Part shown: positions 49,614 through 62,260 of the stretch, piece after piece
Position numbering within the stretch: position 1 is the stretch's first letter
Layout: each line of letters begins with the position of its first letter
DNA from: Eledone cirrhosa
Taxonomy: Eukaryota
NCBI GenBank assembly: GCA_964016885.1
Contig: OZ024744.1
Coordinates: 93,558,001-93,622,000 of the forward strand
DNA: 64,000 nucleotides
Direction: 5' to 3'
Program-made: the position numbers and the translations under genes
The notes under the pieces: model-generated
Seen by the model: the letters and a program-made list of their open reading frames with translations, nothing else
What the model was told of the DNA's origin: nothing
Databases searched by the model: none

Positions 49614-50061
49614 CTCTTTTGTTGCCAACCCAGCTAAAATCGGTTCTGGTTCTATGAAATAAAATCACCCATTTTAACTCTTTAGCATTTACATTACTCT
49701 ATATTTACTTTTATATTTTCATGGTAAAGGCTTTATCACACATAATATCAAATCTATGAGATTTTGTTATTATTTATTTTGAGAACAATGCCTTAACATC
49801 AGTATGAGAGGACAGTTTTGACCGGTTTGAACAGAAAACGGTGAGAGAATTCATTCTGGTTGGATACTGCCAGTTTAAATGCTAAAGGGTTAAAGGTTTC
49901 CAATTTAAATTAAAATCTTCCAACATAATTTTATATAAGAACCTTACATTAAGTTATAACCATAGTAATGAAAAAATTGATAATTTTTGTAAATCCCTCA
50001 AAATTTTTCATTAACTAACTGAAATAAAGTGTATTTCATTAGAAATGTGGCCATGAAAGGG
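49614..50061 (+). mobile_element. piggyBac-type MITE (family 2) containing a nested family-1 MITE at 49678-49889
   Basis: Outer ends ttga|CTCTTTTGTTGCCA ... TGGCCATGAAAGGG|TTAA; inner ends TTAA|CTCTTTAGCATTTA ... TAAATGCTAAAGGG|TTAA. Confidence 0.8.
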
Positions 50062-50639
50062 TTAAGTTCCAGCTCTATTTATTGCAGTGATTAATGAAAA
50101 ATTAAATTAACTTCACTGTAATATTGCCTTGTCATAACTAATAATATCATCATCATCACTGTTTAACATCTATTTTTCATGTAGATGACCTCATCTTGTT
50201 CATATGATCCATTTTTTTTTCTCTTGCTTAGTTTCTATGGCTGGCTGCCCTTCCTATCCCCAACCACTTTACAACATGTACACTAGGGAGGTTGTCATGT
50301 CCTTGACACGACTAAAGTTTCCTCTTAACCCCTCATTTGGCAAACTTTCTACAGCTGGATACCCTTCCTAACACTAACCCCTTTACAGCATACCGAGTGC
50401 TTTTATTGTGTAGATCACCAACACTAGAGAGGCTGTCATGTCCTTGACACAACTAAAGGGTCATCTTAACCCTTCATTTGGCAAACTTTCTACAGCTGGA
50501 TGCCCCTCCTAAAACCAACCACATTACAATGAATACTAGGAGCATTTTACTGGGGCACCAGCACTAAATGTTGATAAATTTCACTTGACCCAAAAGGTCA
50601 TCTGGTGATGTTAAGTGAAAGTTTTGAAATATTCTAAAA

Positions 50640-50916
50640 CTAAAATTCTCTTATCATTCTTTTACTGGTTCCAGTCATTAGACTGCAGCCATGATGGTGC
50701 ACAGCTCTGAAAGAATGTTTTTAGTTGATTTTAATCAACCCCCCCCCCACACACACACACACCCACACACCCCCACACACACCCGACACCCATACACATA
50801 CACACAGTACTTTTTTTTTAAAAAGTGTGATATTTATTTTATCAATCTCTTTTCGTTGAACTACACAAACAAACACACACAAACATACACACACACACAC
50901 ACAAACACACACACAA

Positions 50917-50952
<36 letters not shown>

Positions 50953-51312
50953 AGGCAGTTATGCATACAACAGTTTGCTTCAGTTCCTATTCACCAATTT
51001 TCATTCTCAAAACTTTGGTCAACTCAAGTAGAAGACTTTTTTAAAAAATGGTGTCACACAGTAGGACTGAACCCCAAACCATGTGATTGTGAAATAAACT
51101 CCCTAACCACACAGCCATGCTTGCACCTATGTTAAAAAATAGTGTCACACAGTAGGATTGAACCTGAAGCCATGTGGCTGTGAAACAAACTCCCTAACCA
51201 CACAGCCATGCTTGCACCTATATTTAAAAAAATAGTACCACACAGTAGGACTGAACCCGTAACCATGTGGTTGGGAAACAAACTCCCTAACCACACGGCC
51301 ATGGTTGCACCT
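50640..51312 (-). mobile_element. tRNA-derived SINE (family C) with a triplicated head
   Basis: GGTGCAAGCATGGCTGTGTGGTTAGGGAGTTTG..GGTTCAGTCCTACTGTG occurs three times (about 51045-51130, 51133-51220, 51225-51312), followed by the body and a (TG)n tract. Confidence 0.75.
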
Positions 51313-51460
51313 ATGTTAAAAAAAACAAAAAAACAAACAAAAAAAAACAATAACTACTTCTACCCCCTACCCCTACCCCCACCCCAAATACCCCCAAAAT
51401 ATGTTCGATTACCTTTTTAGGAATCACAGTGAGTTTAAAGAGTGAGTTTCTAAGCATTAA

Positions 51461-51809
51461 CCCTTTGATTGCCAAATCATCTGAAACTGCCTCTCATTCT
51501 ATACTACAAAACTGTTTAAGTTAATTTAATTTTAATATTTATCTAAAAACCCATCAATCATAATTTTATATAAGAACCTTTGTTAAGTAATGTTCCAAAC
51601 ATCAGCTTAATGATGAGAAAGTTAGTCATATTAATAATGTACCAGTAATGCACTAAGAGCGGGGGGGGGGGGGGTCGATTTAATTGACTTTCCCCTTCCC
51701 CAAAAATTGTTGGCCTTGTGCCTAAATCAGAAACCATTATTGAATCCCTAAAAAGTTCTTGATTGTTTTCATAATAATGTCTTTCATTAGAAATGTGGTA
51801 ACAAAAGAG
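51461..51809 (+). mobile_element. piggyBac-type MITE (family 2) with a SINE A fragment inside
   Basis: TTAA|CCCTTTGATTGCCA ... TGGTAACAAAAGAG|TTTA; SINE tail at 51640-51741. Confidence 0.7.
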
Positions 51810-51813
51810 TTTA

Positions 51814-52083
51814 TCTATCTATATAATACTAAAGTGTTTATCTATCTATATAATACTAAAGTGTTTATCTATCTATATAATACTAAAGTGTTTATCTATC
51901 TATATAATACTAAAACTCTGTGATTGCTTACTTGTTTAATGTAATACACCCAAAGGGGCGCATAATGGGAAAATACTTTAAAAGGAAGTTGACCCTGAAG
52001 TGGGAATACAAATGGAATAAAACAAGTTTCACGTAATTTGGAGCACAGGTTCCCGAGATATGGGGTTTTCTGAGTACCTTCAT

Positions 52084-52085
<2 letters not shown>
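51814..52085 (+). mobile_element. Helitron-like 5' end whose first 27 bp are repeated four times
   Basis: TCTATCTATATAATACTAAAGTGTTTA at 51814, 51841, 51868 and 51895; followed by (GA)n as in the Helitron at 193. Confidence 0.55.
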
Positions 52086-52146
<61 letters not shown>

Positions 52147-52279
52147 TAGTGGTTGTGAGAGAGTAGATTGAAATAGAGACATAGAGGAAGGGAGAGGAGA
52201 CAGAGAAGGAGAATGGAAGAGAGAGAGCTAGTGGTGGTGTTGTGTATATATATATGAGTGTGTATGTATATATGTATAT

Positions 52280-52561
52280 ATGCTTCCCGAGATCCGCCAA
52301 CACTACAGCTAACACAAACACACATGTACTTCCCTGACATTTGTGTATTATTCTATGTACTATATTGATGAGTTGTAGTGCACCAGAGCACTTTACACAA
52401 TAATTTCATTATTATTATTATATATAAATGTGTGCGTGTGTATACATATATATATATATGTGTGTGTGTGTGTCTATGACCAGTGTATATAGATCACACA
52501 CACCCATATATATATACACACACATATATATATGTATACACACGCACACATTTATATAAAT

Positions 52562-52594
<33 letters not shown>

Positions 52595-53115
52595 AGGGCC
52601 TTCCAGTTTCATTTTACAGTATATACATGTCTGTGTATATTTTAATTATTTAATAATTACTTTGAAGTGAATGGGGTCACGGGTGGTCTAGTATTTGTCT
52701 AAAACTTTTCATCATAATTTTATGTAAACATTTTTGTTATGTTCCAAACACCAGCTTAACAATGGGAAAGTAACAAAAAGTTACAAAATCAGAAAACAGT
52801 ACAACTCCCATCACTTTTGGAAACATTTTTTCACGTTCAGAGTTGTTGGAGCATGGAACAAACTGCCTGCATCAGTTGTTAGCTATCGAGACACTGCATC
52901 CTTCAAAACTTCCATGCTTCGCGAAATTCGCCAACACTACACCTGATATTTCCCCTCCATACATACGCACACATGTATGTGTGCATTTGTGTGTATATCG
53001 TGACTCCTACACTGTTCCCTTTACTGACATTTGTACATTATTCTATGTACTATACATGTGCCTTTAATGAGTTGTAGTGCACCTGAGCACTGTACATAAT
53101 AATTTTCATTATGAT
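52280..53115 (+). mobile_element. Two CR1 3'-end fragments (52280-52420 and 52785-53115)
   Basis: Match 44960-45103 and 44830-45095. Confidence 0.88.
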
Positions 53116-53615
53116 TACAATATTTATCTAAAACCTTGCATCATAAGTTTATGTAAAAATTTTATGTTCCAATCGGCTTAATAATAGGAAAGTTAGTTTA
53201 TATTACTAAATCCCTCCAAATTCATGATTATTTTCAAAATAGTCTGTAAATTATGAGGTATGTCTTACATTAGAAATATGGCGATGAAAAGGTTAAAGAT
53301 ATCACCTGAAATATGCAGCAAAGACAACTGTATTTGAATAAATATCTGATAGATATTATTAGTGCAGTGTGAAATTATTTTATATGTATGTAAGAGGAAT
53401 TAGCTGAAATCATCAAACTCACGATAGATCCTCTACATATTCTACTTTTACTAATATATTGTAAATGAGGTTGGTGTTAGGAAGGGCATCCAGCTGTAGA
53501 AATCAAGCCAGCATCAGTTCCCGTATGAGCAAGACAAGGTCAGCCGACTGGACACTGCCCACAACAAGACAACCCGTCTAACCCATGCTAGCGTGGAAGA
53601 ACGGACATAAAACGG

Positions 53616-53710
<95 letters not shown>

Positions 53711-54051
53711 AGGAAATGACAAAACAGAGATTCAAAGGTCTTATTAGTTTCATGCTTTATATGGAAAAGAGGAAAGAAAGTTCTACATGTCGGGTATTAG
53801 ACCTTCTTCAGGAATACAGAAAGTAGAGACAGGATCACAAAGGAAAGATACAGAAAATAAAGGTAGTAAAAAACACAACAAAATAATATATGTATATATA
53901 TATATATACTGCAAATAAACTGTACCTGTGGAAGAGAGAGACTGGAATATGTTGCAGAAAAAAGTTAAGAGGGTAAGATTTCATTTTGCAGGGTTTTCAT
54001 AGAAGAGACGGTGACAAACATGAAAGATTGACAATATGCAGAACAACTAAC

Positions 54052-54146
54052 CTGTTCGTTCAATGGTGACATGATAAAGTTGTTGATCAAATACAAATGA
54101 AAGTCCCGCACTCACTCTCATAGGAAAGCTAGAATATTCATTGATT
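54052..54146 (-). CDS. Candidate host exon (95 nt, INEYSSFPMRVSAGLSFVFDQQLYHVTIERT)
   Basis: T-rich acceptor ...TTGTTTATTGTTGTACAG, open frame, donor CAG|GTTAGT; non-repetitive sequence; no adjoining exons established. Confidence 0.35.
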
Positions 54147-54694
54147 CTGTACAACAATAAACAATTTATGATAAAACAACTACTAATAAAAATCAGCTTT
54201 TGTTCTCAAGTTTAGTAATGAATTTGAATTGTTTGTATATTCTGAAAAAAGAAACCTTTTGTATAAGTTATGAAACCGTTGAAATTATCTTTTTACTTAG
54301 CTTGTTCTACAACATTCCCCAAAACAGCTTTCATTACTTTTTTTTTCCTAAACTCCCACAATCATTAAATAATAGTTATTAACTGATTTTCCCACAAATA
54401 CTTATAACAACCATTAATTTAGCTTGGCTTCTGTTTTAACACTTCTGTTACCAACCCTGCCCTGCCCCAAAACTACTTTTGTTTCTATGAAACAAACTAC
54501 CACCTATGTTAAAGGCTTATTATTTTTATGTAAAAAATCTCCCAACATACTTTGATATAAAATCTTTTTGCTAGGTCAGGTTACAATCACTATCTTCATA
54601 GTGAAATAATTAATAATTTTAGTAAATTCATCCAAATTAGCTCAGTAACTCTTAATGTGCAATACTACATGAAATGACATAAACAACAAAATAA

Positions 54695-54741
<47 letters not shown>

Positions 54742-55434
54742 TGCAAATAAACTGTACCTGTGGAAGAGACAGAGACTGGAATATGTTGCAGAAAAAAGTT
54801 AAGAGGGTAAGATTTCATTTTGCAGGATTTTTATAGAAGAGACGGTGACAAACATGAAAGATTACATTAAAAATACAAAGCAGCACTATGATACTACAAA
54901 GTTTCACAACAATCTGTTCACAAGTAAAGATGCAATATATACTTGAAAATTAGAATACCCAGCAAACCCCCCCCCCCCCCAATTTTACATATCAAAGTTA
55001 GCTTAGTGCAAGCAATTGGAATTGAAAAGTCAAACATACAGGTATTAAATTCAAATATTCTAACCATCCTAAACCTACAAAGCCCACCAGAAGGCACAAA
55101 TACATTGCTACTTCTGTCACCAGTGGGGCCCTCCACTGTAGGGGACCCAGGGCAATTGTGACCCTATATAAAAGGGATGTCAAGAGTCAACGCTACAAAT
55201 TTTCTCAACAATCTATCCACAAGTAAAGATACACTTGAATTAACATACTTGTTTTTAGATATTTTCTGTTAAAACATTACAGGATGTTAAGAGTTAATTA
55301 ATTAAAACCCAATATATTTATCATAAATATGACAATGAAAGTGTCAACTAGGAAAATTATTTTATAATTTTTTTATAAGCTTTATTTAATTACTGAGAAA
55401 AAGCAAATTAAAACTTCAATAATCTATATCAGTA

Positions 55435-55781
55435 ATCATCATCATCATCATCATTTCATTTTACGTCTGCTTTTCCCTGCTTGTAAGGGTGGGACGGGAA
55501 CTGATGCTGGCTTGATTTCTACAGCTGGATGCCCTTCCTAACACCAACCTCATTTACAGTGAGTACTGGGTGCTTTTTTGCCGTGGCACCTCCATGACCA
55601 CTTTGCAGTGGAATGATAGGGACCCCAATCCCTATCATCTCATTTCTACAGCTGAGTAAACTGGAGCAATGTGAAATAAAGTGCCTTGCTCAAGTAAACA
55701 ACACATCACCCGGTCTGAGAATTGAACTCACAACCTTTCGATTGCAAGCCCAATGCTCTAACCACTAACCCATGTGCCTCC
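55435..55781 (-). mobile_element. Full-length tRNA-derived SINE (family B) with an RTE-derived 3' tail
   Basis: Head GGAGGCACATGGGTTAGTGGTTAGAGC..GAGTTCAATTC (A/B boxes); tail CCCGTCCCACCCTTACAAGCAGGGAAAAGCAGACGTAAAATG(ATG)n is shared with the LINE ends at 35731-35800 and 59096-59150. Confidence 0.9.
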
Positions 55782-55837
55782 GTAATGAATATGAATATTA
55801 GATTTATATTCTAAAAACAGTTTCTTTTGGTTTGTCT

Positions 55838-56226
55838 TCAAAACTTCCATGCTTCCTGAAATTCATCAACACTACCTGATATTCCCTCTCCATACAGACG
55901 CATGTATGTGTGTATGTGTCTGTGTGTATATCATAACTCATACACTGTTCACTTTCCTGACATTTTCACATTATTCTATGTACTCTACATGCACCTTTGA
56001 TAAGTTGTAGTGCACCTGAGCACTGTACCCAATAATATCATTATCATTATCATCGGTAGAGAGTCGGACACCATGCTTTGAAGCATAGAGTTACGTCTCT
56101 TTATGATCTGAGTTCAAATCCCGCCAAGGTTAACTTTGCCTTTCATCCTTACGGGGTCGATAAAATAAAGTACCAGTAATACACTGGGTAATTGCTGGCC
56201 TTGTGCCAAAAGTAGAAACAATTATC
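55838..56226 (+). mobile_element. CR1 3' tail followed by a family-A SINE
   Basis: Matches the respective consensus sequences. Confidence 0.85.
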
Positions 56227-56441
56227 ATATTTATCTAAAACCTTTCATCATAATTTTATGTAAACATTTTTGTTTAGGCCAATTTAGCTTGACACTAGTG
56301 TTGTTGCAATTCATTTCCTCCCAGCTCAGTTTACTGGAGCATTGTGAAATAAAGTGTCTTACTCAAGGATGCAACATACCATCTGGTCAGGGAATTGATC
56401 TCCCAACTATATGATTATGAACCCAACATCCTAACCATTAA

Positions 56442-56848
56442 CCCTTTAGCATTCACATTATTCTATATTTACTATTGTATTTTCAGTAAAGGCTTTATCG
56501 AATTTACGAGATTTTGATATTATTTATTTTGAGAACAATAACCTTAACATCAGTATGAGTGACCAGTTACGGCCGGTTTGAACAGAAAGAGGTGAGAGAA
56601 TTCTGGCTGGATATGGCTGGTTTAAATGTTAAAGGTTTAACTCTTTAGCAGTTACATTACTCTATATTTACTATAATATTCTCATGGTAAAGGTTTTATC
56701 TCACATAATATTGAATCTATGAGATTTTGATATTATTTATTTTGAGAACAATACCTTAACATCAGTATGTGTGGCAGGTTACAGCCAGTTTGAACAGAAA
56801 GAGATGAGAGAATTCTGGTCGGATACGGTCGGTTTAAATGCTAAAGGG
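56442..56848 (+). mobile_element. Two tandem family-1 piggyBac MITEs sharing a TTAA, inserted in a SINE head
   Basis: TTAA at 56438-56441, 56637-56640 and 56849-56852; the flanks cctaacca|..|cccacatgcc reconstruct the SINE B head. Confidence 0.9.
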
Positions 56849-57304
56849 TTAACCCACATGCCTTCATGGACATATGATGCATGTGGATGATTGTTGGGTG
56901 TAGCAATAGAAGACAGAAGGAAGGTCTTCTGGGTGGAATTGTGAGAGCTAATTTCAAATTGCTGAAGCTCACAGGGGAGATAACAACTGGAAACAACTGG
57001 AGGGATGCTGTGTTGAAAAAGACCTATGCAACCATGGAAAAGCGAACATTAAACGATGATGATGATGATGATACTACTGATGATATTTCAAAAACCTGGT
57101 TCCCTTTATTAATTTTGGTCCTATTTGATAAACATATCAATTATTCAAGCCTTCCTGCGCTATTGAGTTCTGGGGGACTAAGCCCCTCCAATAATGCTTT
57201 GGTTTTTACTAGACTAATTTTCTATTGACTCTAAATATGTTAGAATGATCATGTTTTTAATTTCTTTCTTAGTCTTGAATTACAGGTAAAAATGTGTGAG
57301 CTAA

Positions 57305-57521
57305 TAATATTTGTTTCTGATTTAGGCACAAGGCCAACAATTTTTGAGGAAATGGAAAGTCGATTAAATCAATACCAGTGCATTACTGGTACTTTATTTT
57401 ATCGACCCCATAAGGATGAAAGGCAAAGCTAACCTCGGCAGGATTTGAACTCAGATCGTAAAGGGACATAACTCTATGACATAAAGCATAGTGTCCGATG
57501 CTCTACCGATACTGCCAATCC
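57305..57521 (-). mobile_element. Family-A SINE
   Basis: Matches the SINE A consensus. Confidence 0.9.
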
Positions 57522-57814
57522 TGTTAATATTGGTCACAGGTCACCAGTGGATATTATTCATTTGAAAGAATTCAATTTTTTAACCTGGACTCCATTTTTA
57601 ATTATGCTATGTAAGTATTTCACACTTTTTTTTACAGAAAGTGGCTGGATATTCCATGCTAAAAATGCACCCAAACCACTCTATAAAATAGTAGTATTTC
57701 TGATAGGAAAAGAAAGCACCTATTTCACCCTGTAAGATTGTAAAATGTTCCCAGTGCACTCTATAATAAAGGGGTTGGTGTTAGGAAGGGCACCAGCCAT
57801 AGAAACCAATGGTT

Positions 57815-58562
57815 GTATTTTATCATGGCACCTATACAACCAATTTACAGGGTAGACTGGGTGCTTTTTATTGTGACACCAGTATGACCACGGTAACAGG
57901 GTGGACTGGATGCTTTTTTTTTTTTATCATGGCATCAGTATCACCACCTTATAGAGTAGACTGGGTGCTTTTTATTGTGGTACCAGTATGACCACTTTAC
58001 AGAGTTGACTGGGTGCTTTTTTTTTTATTGTGGCACCAGCACAACCATTAAAGAGGATGGGCTGGGTGCTTTTTTTGTGGTACCATATAACCACATTACA
58101 GACTGAAATGGGTGCTTTTTTTTTTTGTGGTACCAGCACAATCACCTAACAAGATGAACTGGGTGCTTTTTATCGTGGCATTAGTATCAACACTTTATAG
58201 GGTGGACTGGGTGTTTTTTTGTCATGGATTCATTATCACCACATTACAAAGTGAATTGGGTGCTTTTTTTCATGGCACCAGCACAACCACCTAACAGGGT
58301 GAACTGGGTGATTTTTTGTGGGGCACCAGTATCACCACCTTACAGGGTGAACTGAGTGTTTTTTTGTCATGGCACTAACACAACCACATAACAGAGTGAA
58401 CTGGGTGCTTTTTTGTCATAGCACCAGCACAACCACCTTACAGGGTAGACTGGGTGCTTTTTTTTTCAGGGCACCAATATCAACACCTTACAGAGTGGAC
58501 TGAGTGATTTTGTTTTTGTCATGGCACGAGTATGACCACCTTAGAGTTGACTGGGTGCTTTT
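57815..58562. repeat. Diverged ~41-45 bp tandem array derived from a SINE B segment
   Basis: Unit ttttgtcatggcaccagcacaaccaccttacagggtgractgggtgc, roughly 17 copies; compare 55544-55590. Confidence 0.85.
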
Positions 58563-58604
58563 CAAAATCAATACTCTTGACAATACTAAAAGTCTAAAGT
58601 CTGT

Positions 58605-58844
58605 TTTAAGCCAGAAGGCTCATTTGGCCGGTGCTTATCCTGGTTTCAAGGCGTGAAGTGAGTGAGAGTACAAGACTCCCCCGTGGACAGGACGCCAGCT
58701 ACTGCTGGTACTCATTTCCAGCTGAGTATACTGGAGCAATGTGAAATGAAGTGTTTTACTCAAGAACACAACACACAACCCAGGAATCAATCCCACAACA
58801 TTATGATCGTAAGTCCAACACCCTTACCACTAGGCCACATGCCA
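58605..58844 (-). mobile_element. tRNA-derived SINE related to family B
   Basis: GGCATGTGGCCTAGTGGTAAGG head; ttgagtaaaacacttcatttcacattgctccagtatactcagctg core. Confidence 0.75.
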
Positions 58845-59095
58845 ATACTAATCTATTATATTAAAGTGCTACCATATCTAATCATCAGTACTGAGTTCTC
58901 TATTAGTTCAGTGTTTGCTGAGTCACAGGTAGGAGATTTTCCCGATAACATATCAACAATAATACACCACATATGTGTGTATATATATATATATATATGA
59001 ATGTATATATATGTGTATGCAAAGGGAGGAAGAACCCATAAGAGTCAACAGCCATCCAAAAATGTGTAAATATGTATATACATATATACATGTGT

Positions 59096-61790
59096 ATCAT
59101 CATCATCATCATTTTATGTCCGCTTTTCCCTGCTTGCAAGGGTGGGACAGGTCTTATTCAGCACAGCATCTCTCCACTCGTCACGGTCCCTCGTCATCTC
59201 CACCGTGAGCTTCAATGATCTGAGGTCTGTTCTCACCACCTCCGCCCATGTTTTTCATGGTCTACCTCTACCACGTCTTCCTTCAACTGGCATTTCCTGG
59301 CACTTTTTCACCCATCGGTCATCCTCCATGCACATCACATGTCCATACCACCTCAGTCTCCTCTCTCGCACACTACATTCTATCCCTCTCAGACACAGTT
59401 TCTCTCTCAACACATTTATGCTGGGTTGTTCACGCACATTTACACTGTACATCCAACGGAGCATACTTGCTTCATTTCTCTCCAGCCGTCGCACATCCTC
59501 TGCAGTTGTGCCCAAGTCTCACTACCATGCAGCATCGCGCTCCTCACACAGGCAACATATAACTGGCCTTTCATACGCAGGGAGAAACCCTTCTTCATCA
59601 GCAGCGGAGGCAGCTCCCTAAACTTCTTCCAACCCATCCTTATTCTAGATACTATGGCCTCGGAACACCCCCTTCCCATGCTAATCTGATCTTCTAGGTA
59701 CCGGAAGCTATCCACCACTTCTATAGCACCCGCCTGCATTTGAAAAATGTGTCTATCAATGCGACTTCTACTGTCTAATTTCCCTGTACATCTACTGCAT
59801 ACATATTTCCCCTACCTGTTAGTTTGCCTCCTGTCCCACTACATCTCTTGTGTACCCAGGATCTGCATTTTATAGAATTTATGCCAGTTCCTTTTCTGCA
59901 TATCGAACATTCCCTGAAGAAAACAGAGTTTTGATCTCTTTTCTACATATCAACACTTTTGTCTTAGCTAGGTTCACTCTCAGCCCTCTTGCTTCCAACT
60001 GCTGTTTCCATAGCCAGAATTTATTCTCTAGCTCCTCTACTGATTCTGCTATAAGAACCAGATCATCAGAATAGAGAAGTTCCAATGGACAGCCAGTCTT
60101 ATGGATTGGAGGACTATAATGAACAAGAGCGGGCTAAAGACCGAACCTTGATATACTCCTACTTGTATCTGGAATTCCTCACTAAACTCCATTCCTACCC
60201 TGACTTTACTGACAGCAATTCTAATAAAGTTTGCACTGTCCTCACAAGCCATTCCTCAACACCTAGTTTCCTTAGGGACCACCAGATGACAGATCGGGGT
60301 ACCCTATCAAAGGCCTTCTCTAGGTCAACAAAGGCTAAGTATAGGGGCTTATTCTTCTCTAAGAATCTCTCTTGTAATTGTCTCACCACGAAGAGGGGCA
60401 TCTGTTGTACTTTTCCCAGGCATAAAACCAAACTGCATCTCATCTAGTTTGACCCTTTCTCTAATTAGTTGTGCTAATATCCTTTCTGCCACTTTCATAA
60501 CCTGATCCATCAGTTTTATACCCCTATAATTGCTCCTCTCCAGAGCATCTCCTTTACCTTTGTAGCAATTTATGAGAATATTGCTGCACCACTCTTTGGG
60601 TATGACACCACCATATATAGCCTGATTGATGATGCGTGCAACCAGTTTAGTGTATACGTCCCCTGATGCCTTCAGCATCTCACCAACTATCCCCGACAGT
60701 TCAGCAGCCTTACCATTTTTCATTTCCTTAATCGCCTCTTGGACCCTATATTCGTCAATCTCAATAGCTGGTCCCTCTGTCGGATCTACTGAGGGTAATT
60801 TCTCTCTCTTCCATTCGTTGTCCACATTCATCAGTCTCTCATAATGACATTTCCAGGCCTCCTTTTTCTGATCATTCGTGACACTAAGTACACCGGCATC
60901 ATTCTGGACACATTTATCTCCAACAACATCCTGATTTACATTGACACACTGCCTTGCAATGTGGAACACCGCACGCCTCTGATTTTCCCGTCGCAGAACA
61001 TTGGCAAACCTCCTACTCTCAGCCTCCCTGCGTGCTAAGTACACCTGATGTCTAGTTTCTCTCTTTTTCCAAGCCTTCCATGCTAGTCTTTTGTCTCTAA
61101 TGGCATTATCTACAGTGCTGTTCCACCACCAGATCACTCTCTCTCTGGTTGGAGCTCTGCAAAATTCAAGAAGTCTCACCCCTTTTTCATTTCTTGAGCC
61201 GTAACCATGCCCACCATGTACACCAGTATAACCATCCTGGAGCTGTCCAACATGATCATTGAAGTCCCCTGCTAGCATAACGATGTCTCCGTCCTCTGTC
61301 ATTGAGGCTGTTTGTAAAAGTTGCTCATAAAAGCAGTCTTTCTCTTCTTTACCTAGGCCTGCTTGGGGAGTATAGGCAGAGATGATTGTCAGTAGTCTCC
61401 TGCCTACAACTAATCTAAACTTAATTATTCGATTATTAACTCGAACTACCTCTATTGTTTTATTGATCCATCTCTCAGCCAGGAAAATGCCTACTACCCC
61501 TAACCCATCATCCTTACCTACCCAGAAAAGCTTATAACTATGATATTTGCCTGCGATTAGTCTCACAGAGGCACCTCTCCATCTCACCTCTTGCACGCAG
61601 CACACATCCACATGCCTTCTCTCCAGCATCTCTGCTATTTCACCAGATCTACCTCTGAGAGTGCCAACATTAAGTGTTGCAACTCTAAGATGCGACGCTG
61701 TTTTCATATTTTTGTTGTTCCTTTTCCTGTAGTGTGATTGCTTGAAGACGGTCGGGGGGTTCTTGCACATGGCCGCACCAGCCACCCCAC
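59096..61790 (-). mobile_element. Decayed, near-full-length RTE-like LINE (second family)
   Basis: VATLNVGTL, VQEVRW, AGDFN, NYRGIKL, FVDLEKAFDRV, VGVYQGS, LYSDDL, RYLED, LRWYGHV; multiple frameshifts and an internal deletion; (GAT)n tail. Confidence 0.92.
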
Positions 61791-61811
61791 TACCGTGCGC
61801 AGCCCTAACAT

Positions 61812-61856
<45 letters not shown>

Positions 61857-62260
61857 CCAGTAGGCATCTCTAACAAAATACACCCCGTCCCACCACCCCC
61901 ACCCCATCCACACCACCCCTTTCAATGTAAAGTTATGTTGGTGCCACACCATCCAGGCCGAAACAAATGAGATCGTGTAGGTGTCACGACAAAAAAACAC
62001 ACAGTCCACGCTGTAATGTGGCCGTGTAGGCAACACGGTAAAAACCTCCCAGTCCCACACTGTAAATGTGGTTGGTGTTAGGAAGGGTATCCAGCTGTAG
62101 AAAACCCGCCAGACAGTCCTATGCGAGCAAGACAATCACTCTTGCCTCAAGTGGGACTACCCCCGTCCAAACCCATGCAAGCGTGGAACACGGACGTTAA
62201 ACGTTGATGATGATGATGATGATTATATATGTATATGCATGTATACATATGTATATGCAT

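Noticed and set aside
55690-55781. tRNA gene
   Set aside because: tRNA-like SINE head continuous with the SINE body; no complete cloverleaf evident
57815-58562. CRISPR-like repeat/spacer pattern
   Set aside because: The variable parts are homologous to each other and to a SINE
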